64,000 nucleotides of DNA, taken from the NCBI GenBank assembly GCA_964549685.1, contig CAZJVE010000006.1:108-64107 (forward strand), in the 5' to 3' direction. This document shows positions 58,940 through 64,000 of the stretch, in pieces. The notes below the pieces were generated by a model that worked only from the letters and a program-made list of their open reading frames with translations, had not been told where the DNA came from and did no database searches. Position 1 is the first letter of the stretch. Every line of letters starts with the position of its first letter. Position numbers and translations under genes: made by a program. Source of the stretch: an uncultured archaeon (GTDB lineage: Archaea > Altiarchaeota > Altiarchaeia > IMC4 > QMZM01).

Positions 58940-60283
58940 ATGGAAGAGATAGAGATTGATAAGTCACCGGTTGAGTTCTTTGACTCGGTTTGGGAAAGGG
59001 ATTATGCATTCTTCCTGGACTCGGGGATGTCCCATGAGAAGCTGGGGAGGTATTCCTACATTGGGTTTGAGCCGTTCATGGTCTTCAGGTCCAGGGGGAG
59101 AGCGGTTGAGGTTATCAGGGGTAGGGAGACGGAGAATATTGAGGGAAATCCGTTCGATGTGCTGGAGGGGCTTCTGGAGGATTACAGGGTTGATGAAACG
59201 GAGCTTCCGTTCACTGGGGGGGCGGTGGGCTTCTTCGGCTATGATTTAAAGGACATGCTCTATGAGCTGCCCAAGCTTGCAGAGGATGACATAAAGATGT
59301 GGGACTGCGTGCTTGGTTTTTATGATTCTGTGCTGGTTTTCGATAACCTGGAGAAGAAGTGGTACCTGACGGGGTGCGGTTTTACTGACAGAGATTATAG
59401 AGATGAGATAGAGAAGGCCTGTGAATTCCCCGGCGATAAGGGGGGGAATTCGAGCGGTTTTGAGGGGTATGAGTCGAATTTCAAGAAGGAGGAATATCTC
59501 AGGACCCTCGAGAGGGTCAAGGAGTATATCGCTGCAGGGGATATCTACCAGGCCAATATTTCGCAGAGGCTCGAGGCTAGGACAGGGATAGAGCCATGGG
59601 AGCTGTATAAGCGGCTGAGGGAGATAAACCCCGCACCCTTTGCTGCCTTTCTGAACTTCGGTGATATTGCGGTTGTCAGCGCCTCTCCCGAGAGGTTCTT
59701 CAGGGTCGAGGGCAGAAAGATAGAAACGAGGCCGATAAAGGGGACGAGGCCCAGGGGAGGGGATTCAAAGGAGGACAAGGGCCTTGAGAAGGAGTTGCTG
59801 GCCAGCGAGAAGGACAAGGCCGAGCACGTCATGATAGTGGATTTGGAGAGGAATGATTTGGGGAAGGTGTGCGAGTTCGGCTCCGTAAAGGTTTCTGAGT
59901 TTGAGGTTATAGAGGGGTATTCAACCGTTTTCCAGATGGTCTCAACGGTGGAGGGGGTTTTGAGGGAGGACGTGAGCCAGGTGGATTGCCTGAGGGCGAT
60001 GTTTCCAGGCGGCTCGATAACCGGCGCTCCAAAGGTGAGGGCGATGGAGATTATAGAGGAGCTGGAGCCGACGAAACGGGGGCTCTATACCGGCTCGATA
60101 GGCTATCTGGGCTTCAACGGCAACATCGATTTGAGCATAGTTATAAGGACATTTCTCATAAAGGATAACAGAGCCTACTTCCAGGTGGGGGGAGGGATAG
60201 TTGCCGATTCCAGTCCCGAAGCTGAGTATCAGGAGACGATGGATAAGGCCAAGGCGCTGATTGATGCATTGCAGGAAGAATGA
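58940..60283 (+). CDS. pabB: Aminodeoxychorismate synthase component I (PabB/TrpE family)
   Basis: FFLDSG, SASPERF, TRPIKGTRPRG, AEHVMIVDLERNDLG and FPGGSITGAPK; PIKGT typical of PabB; start set at ATG 58940. Confidence 0.88.
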   Translation: MEEIEIDKSPVEFFDSVWERDYAFFLDSGMSHEKLGRYSYIGFEPFMVFRSRGRAVEVIRGRETENIEGNPFDVLEGLLEDYRVDETELPFTGGAVGFFGYDLKDMLYELPKLAEDDIKMWDCVLGFYDSVLVFDNLEKKWYLTGCGFTDRDYRDEIEKACEFPGDKGGNSSGFEGYESNFKKEEYLRTLERVKEYIAAGDIYQANISQRLEARTGIEPWELYKRLREINPAPFAAFLNFGDIAVVSASPERFFRVEGRKIETRPIKGTRPRGGDSKEDKGLEKELLASEKDKAEHVMIVDLERNDLGKVCEFGSVKVSEFEVIEGYSTVFQMVSTVEGVLREDVSQVDCLRAMFPGGSITGAPKVRAMEIIEELEPTKRGLYTGSIGYLGFNGNIDLSIVIRTFLIKDNRAYFQVGGGIVADSSPEAEYQETMDKAKALIDALQEE

Positions 60284-61125
60284 AAGTTTACGTTAATGGA
60301 GAATTTTTCGAGGAGGATGAAGCGAAGGTCTCGGTATTCGACTACGGCTTTCTGTACGGCTACGGTCTTTTCGAGAGCATGCGGGCTTATAATAGGAAGA
60401 TATTTAGGTTAGACAGGCATGTCGGAAGGCTCTTTGACTCTGCCAAGGAGATAGGGATGGAGCCGAGCGTTGATGGGAATGGAGTTAGGAACGCAGTCCA
60501 GAGAACGCTGGAAGAGAACGGGCTGAGCGATGCGTATGTGAGGGTTACCCTGACATACGGCAAGGGGGGCCCTAGGCTGGAATTCCCGCCTGATGTTGAG
60601 AATTCCCTGATAGTGTTTGCAAGGGAATTCTCCCCTGATGCCCAGGTCTATGAGAGGGGGATAAAGGTTGCTGTTTCAGAGGCTGTGAGGCCGCATTCGA
60701 GGTTCTCGGGAGTGAAGAGCCTGAATTTTCTACCGTATCTGATGGCAAAGCTCGAGGCGAAGGAGAGGGGCGTTGATGATATAGTGCTGACGAATCCCGA
60801 CGGGACGCTGGCTGAGGCCTCCACTTCGAACATATTCTTTGTATCGAAGGGGGGGCTTGTTACTCCGGATTCTGGGATTTTGCCAGGAATAACGAAGGAG
60901 GCGGTGGTTGAGATTGCGAAGAAGGAAGGAATTTCTGTTGAGGAAAGGAGAGTCCTGCCGAATGAGATCAAGTTTTTTGAGGAATGCTTCCTGACGAACT
61001 CCGTCATGGAACTTGTGCCCGTGGTGGAGATTGACGGGAACGCCACAGGTAATGGAGCTCCGGGGGAATTCACCAGAAAGATTCACCATCTCTACAGGAG
61101 GCTCGTTGCGGACGAGTCTTTGTGA
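60280..61125 (+). CDS. Class IV PLP enzyme (aminodeoxychorismate lyase / branched-chain aminotransferase family)
   Basis: D.GFLYGYGLFES, KSLN, EASTSNIF and ILPGIT motifs; overlaps the pabB stop. Confidence 0.88.
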   Translation: MKVYVNGEFFEEDEAKVSVFDYGFLYGYGLFESMRAYNRKIFRLDRHVGRLFDSAKEIGMEPSVDGNGVRNAVQRTLEENGLSDAYVRVTLTYGKGGPRLEFPPDVENSLIVFAREFSPDAQVYERGIKVAVSEAVRPHSRFSGVKSLNFLPYLMAKLEAKERGVDDIVLTNPDGTLAEASTSNIFFVSKGGLVTPDSGILPGITKEAVVEIAKKEGISVEERRVLPNEIKFFEECFLTNSVMELVPVVEIDGNATGNGAPGEFTRKIHHLYRRLVADESL

Positions 61126-61148
61126 TTGGTTCATAAGTATAAGCCAAG

Positions 61149-61661
61149 ATGCCGCTCAACTACAACGATGTGCAGGGGATATACAGGAACGAGAAGAACG
61201 CTCCGGCACTGCAGCATGTGGATGAGAATTTCTACCAGGAGCTACAGGAATTTTTATCCCAACTGGAGGAGGAGGATAGGAGCTACATGAGCAAGCTGGT
61301 GGACGAGGTTATAGACAGGAGGAGGAACAAGGTTCTGATGCAGGCCATGAGAACCGCCGATAGTCCGCCATTGAATGCCACTCCCGCGGAGGTGAAGCTC
61401 TACGGGGAGGTGGTCAGGGTTCTTGCAAGGTACAGGAAGAGTCTGGGTCAAGTCCAGGTAGAGGAGACTGTTGAGCCTGAAAAAGAAGAGCCAGTGGAGT
61501 ATGAGGGCGGCATGGCAAAGATAAGGATTATAAAGCCCATTCCAGCCATTATGGGCGTGGATTCAAAGCAGTACGGGCCGTTTGAGGAGGGTCAGGAGGT
61601 GGAGATTCCAAGAGAAACCGCGGATATTCTGCTCGGCAAGGAGATTGCTGAGGAGGTTTAG
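61149..61661 (+). CDS. GINS complex subunit (Gins51-like)
   Basis: Helical A domain (EK...LQ.VDENFY, RRRNK) and C-terminal B domain IPAIMGVDSKQYGPF. Confidence 0.85.
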   Translation: MPLNYNDVQGIYRNEKNAPALQHVDENFYQELQEFLSQLEEEDRSYMSKLVDEVIDRRRNKVLMQAMRTADSPPLNATPAEVKLYGEVVRVLARYRKSLGQVQVEETVEPEKEEPVEYEGGMAKIRIIKPIPAIMGVDSKQYGPFEEGQEVEIPRETADILLGKEIAEEV

Positions 61662-62560
61662 TCAAGGTCCTTGACTACCTTCTCCCTGAACTCCTCCATC
61701 CTCTCCTTTATGCTGTTCCTCGAGGTTCCGTAGAAGTCCTTTACTGTCTTCTTCATCCCCTCGTCGTTGCTGAGCTCTCCGGCAAGGTATACCGCGGCTG
61801 CTGCAATGCTTATGGGAACCCTGCCTGTGGTTATGCCCATCTCGGAGGCCTTTCTTACTATCTTTATGGCCTTTGCCGTTGTCTCTCCCGAGGCGTTGAG
61901 CTTGCTGGCAATTCTTGGCACGTAATCAACGGCAGAGGTCTGCGGTATCTTGAGCTTCATCTGGTGCGCTATTTTCTTGTAGCTCTTGGATATCTCCTTC
62001 TTACTCACTCCTGAAACCGCCTCCAGCTCGTTGAGGATTATTGGCGAGCGGTGCTCTCTCGAGATTAGGTAGATTACTGCTGCGACCATTCCCTCTATGG
62101 AGCGGCCCCTGACTATGCCCCCACGTGCGCATTTTCTATAAAGGCGGGCACATGCCTCCTTCGTCTGCTCAGAGATGTTAAGGTAGGAGCACATCCTGTC
62201 CAGCTCCGGAAGTGCAACGGAAAGATTCCTCTGGAGCGAGGTTGCCATCCTGGAGCGCTTCTGCCACTTCCTGAGGCGGTAGAATTTCGCCTTTCTCTCT
62301 GCAGGAATTGCTCTCCCTTTGATGTCGGTGTCGTATTTGTTGATTTCTGTTGTTAAGCCCTGGGTAAGCTTCGCATACTTGAGCAGACCTCCCGTTCTTG
62401 ACCTCTTGTCTGCCTGCTCCATGTCGAAGGCCCTCCATTCCGGCCCAAAATCGAACATATTCTCCTCTAAGACAAGACCGCACTTTCCGCAGTACCTCTC
62501 TCCTTTGCTGTGGTCGGTCACTATGTTTGTGTTGCCGCAGCTTTTACATTTCTTCGTCAT
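61658..62560 (-). CDS. tfb: Transcription initiation factor B
   Basis: Zn ribbon CKSC...CGKCG, GPEWRAF, RLRKWQ and RGRSIE motifs; two cyclin repeats. Confidence 0.93.
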   Translation of the reverse strand: MTKKCKSCGNTNIVTDHSKGERYCGKCGLVLEENMFDFGPEWRAFDMEQADKRSRTGGLLKYAKLTQGLTTEINKYDTDIKGRAIPAERKAKFYRLRKWQKRSRMATSLQRNLSVALPELDRMCSYLNISEQTKEACARLYRKCARGGIVRGRSIEGMVAAVIYLISREHRSPIILNELEAVSGVSKKEISKSYKKIAHQMKLKIPQTSAVDYVPRIASKLNASGETTAKAIKIVRKASEMGITTGRVPISIAAAAVYLAGELSNDEGMKKTVKDFYGTSRNSIKERMEEFREKVVKDLD

Positions 62561-62679
62561 GTTGATGAATAGGTTATAGCGTGTTAATCCGTTACAAAAC
62601 GCACATCTATAAGGATTTACTTATTTGCAGAACCGCCTATAAATAGCTGTTTATGCAAAAAATGGAGTAAAAATCTAGG

Positions 62680-62847
62680 CTAATCCTCGACGATAACAAT
62701 ATACGCTCTTTTCCCCAGATATCTCTTTGGAGCATCAACCTTTGCCCCATTACCGTATCTTGTGACCATCTTCTCATAGATCATCACAACACCATCGTGC
62801 TTTAAATGGAATTCACCACCGAACACCCCCCTGATCTCTCTTCCCAT
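62680..62847 (-). CDS. DUF2080-like small protein
   Basis: EKMVTRYGNGAKVDAPKRYLGKRAYIVI pattern; about 55 aa. Confidence 0.75.
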   Translation of the reverse strand: MGREIRGVFGGEFHLKHDGVVMIYEKMVTRYGNGAKVDAPKRYLGKRAYIVIVED

Positions 62848-62904
62848 GTTAAGTATATACATGTATATAGTTAAATATCAGAAATTACGTTAGAATCGGC
62901 AAAA

Positions 62905-64000
62905 TTATCTGTTTCTCATTCTCTTCAGTGATGCCCTTACAAAGCCGACGAATATGGGGGCGGGGCTCTCGGGCCGTGACTTGAATTCCGGATGGAACTG
63001 GGATGCTATGAAGAACGGGTGATTCGGTAGCTCTATAATCTCGACCAGGTCTTTTTCCGGATTGAATCCTGAAATCTTGATACCGTTTTCCTCAAGAATC
63101 TTGACATAGTTTGGATTGACTTCCCACCTGTGCCTGTGCCTCTCGGTAATGTCGTTCTTCTGGTACAGTTTATGGGCGAGGGAGTCCCTCCTGATTTTGC
63201 AATCGTAGGCTCCGAGCCGCATGGTGCCGCCCATTTCGTCTATCTCCTTCTGCTCCTGAATCAGGTCTATGACGGGATTGGGGCACTTTGAGTCGGCCTC
63301 CGTTGTGTTCGCGTCCTCAATCTTGCAGACGTTCCTTGCGTATTCAACGACAGCAAGCTGGAGGCCGTAGCAGATTCCAAGGAACGGGACCTTCTTCTCC
63401 CGGGCATACTTTATTGCGGAAATTTTGCCCTCGGCTCCTCTGGAGCCGAATCCCCCAGGCACTAAAATCCCGTCCAGTGAGGTGAGCTCAGGGACTGATA
63501 TCTCGTCCGATTCGACCCATTCCAGATTGACCTTGCAGGAATTCGCAGAGCCGGCGTGCTTGAACGCCTCCTTGATGCTCAGGTATGCATCCTCCAAGCC
63601 GGTGTATTTTCCGACTATTCCTATCGTAACCTCCTCGTCGGGCTTGTGAATCTTCTCTACCATCTTTTCCCACTTGAATGTGTAGGTGGGTTTTCTGTCG
63701 AGCCCCAGCTTGTTTATTATGATTTTTCCAATGTTCTGCTTGTTGAACAGGATTGGCAGCTTGTAGATATCATCAAGGTCTGGGTTGCTCAGAACCTCGT
63801 TCGGCTTGACTCCGCAGAAGAGCGCTATCTTCTTCCTGTTTTTCTCTGAAAGCTCCTCCTCGCAGCGGCCTATTATTATGTCGGGCTGGATTCCAAGACT
63901 CAGGAGCTCCTTTACGGACCTCTGGGTCGGTTTTGTTTTCTGCTCGCCGGAATTTATGACAGGTACATAGGATAGATGGACAAAGAGAAATTTATTGCTG
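62905..64000 (-). CDS. pyrG: CTP synthase, 5'-partial (runs off the window end)
   Basis: VGKY..LEDAYLS, GICYGLQ, ERHRHR and SQFHPEFKSRP; frame stays open upstream through KTKPTQ and KKIALFC. Confidence 0.97.
   Translation of the reverse strand, partial: SNKFLFVHLSYVPVINSGEQKTKPTQRSVKELLSLGIQPDIIIGRCEEELSEKNRKKIALFCGVKPNEVLSNPDLDDIYKLPILFNKQNIGKIIINKLGLDRKPTYTFKWEKMVEKIHKPDEEVTIGIVGKYTGLEDAYLSIKEAFKHAGSANSCKVNLEWVESDEISVPELTSLDGILVPGGFGSRGAEGKISAIKYAREKKVPFLGICYGLQLAVVEYARNVCKIEDANTTEADSKCPNPVIDLIQEQKEIDEMGGTMRLGAYDCKIRRDSLAHKLYQKNDITERHRHRWEVNPNYVKILEENGIKISGFNPEKDLVEIIELPNHPFFIASQFHPEFKSRPESPAPIFVGFVRASLKRMRNR

Noticed and set aside
62680-62847. IS element implied by the DUF2080-like gene
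   Set aside because: No transposase, TnpB or terminal repeats nearby.
1-64000. CRISPR array, rRNA, transposase or integrase
   Set aside because: No regularly spaced repeat-spacer run, no long non-coding RNA-sized gap and no recombinase or transposase motifs were seen by eye.

Overview
Archaeal chromosomal window, shown by A1Ao ATP synthase, L34e, archaeal adenylate kinase, TFB, GINS and archaeal-type ProRS. The lineage cannot be fixed from sequence alone. Most of it is housekeeping: a split, convergent ATP synthase cluster with two c/K paralogues, ProRS, an ABC exporter operon, adk-DUF106-L34e, a type IV pilus ATPase, CoA and pyrimidine genes, uvrBAC, tRNA-His, pabB/pabC-like genes, ino1, GINS, TFB and a partial pyrG. 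The most unusual region is a visibly AT-richer signalling island at ~28.3-39.4 kb. It holds two KaiC-like ATPases, a V4R protein, a class I isoprenoid-synthase-fold enzyme, two zinc-ribbon/double-V4R paralogues head-to-head with two FIST paralogues, and flanking regulators; it is a candidate self-contained small-molecule (possibly isoprenoid) signalling system. Two repeat patterns were read directly from the DNA. A TGTTC-N9-GAACA palindrome occurs twice at the island regulator and twice as the boundaries of a small cassette inside the ATP synthase cluster. A 58-bp duplication flanks an MNT-HEPN pair. All family calls come from motif recognition by eye, not database searches.
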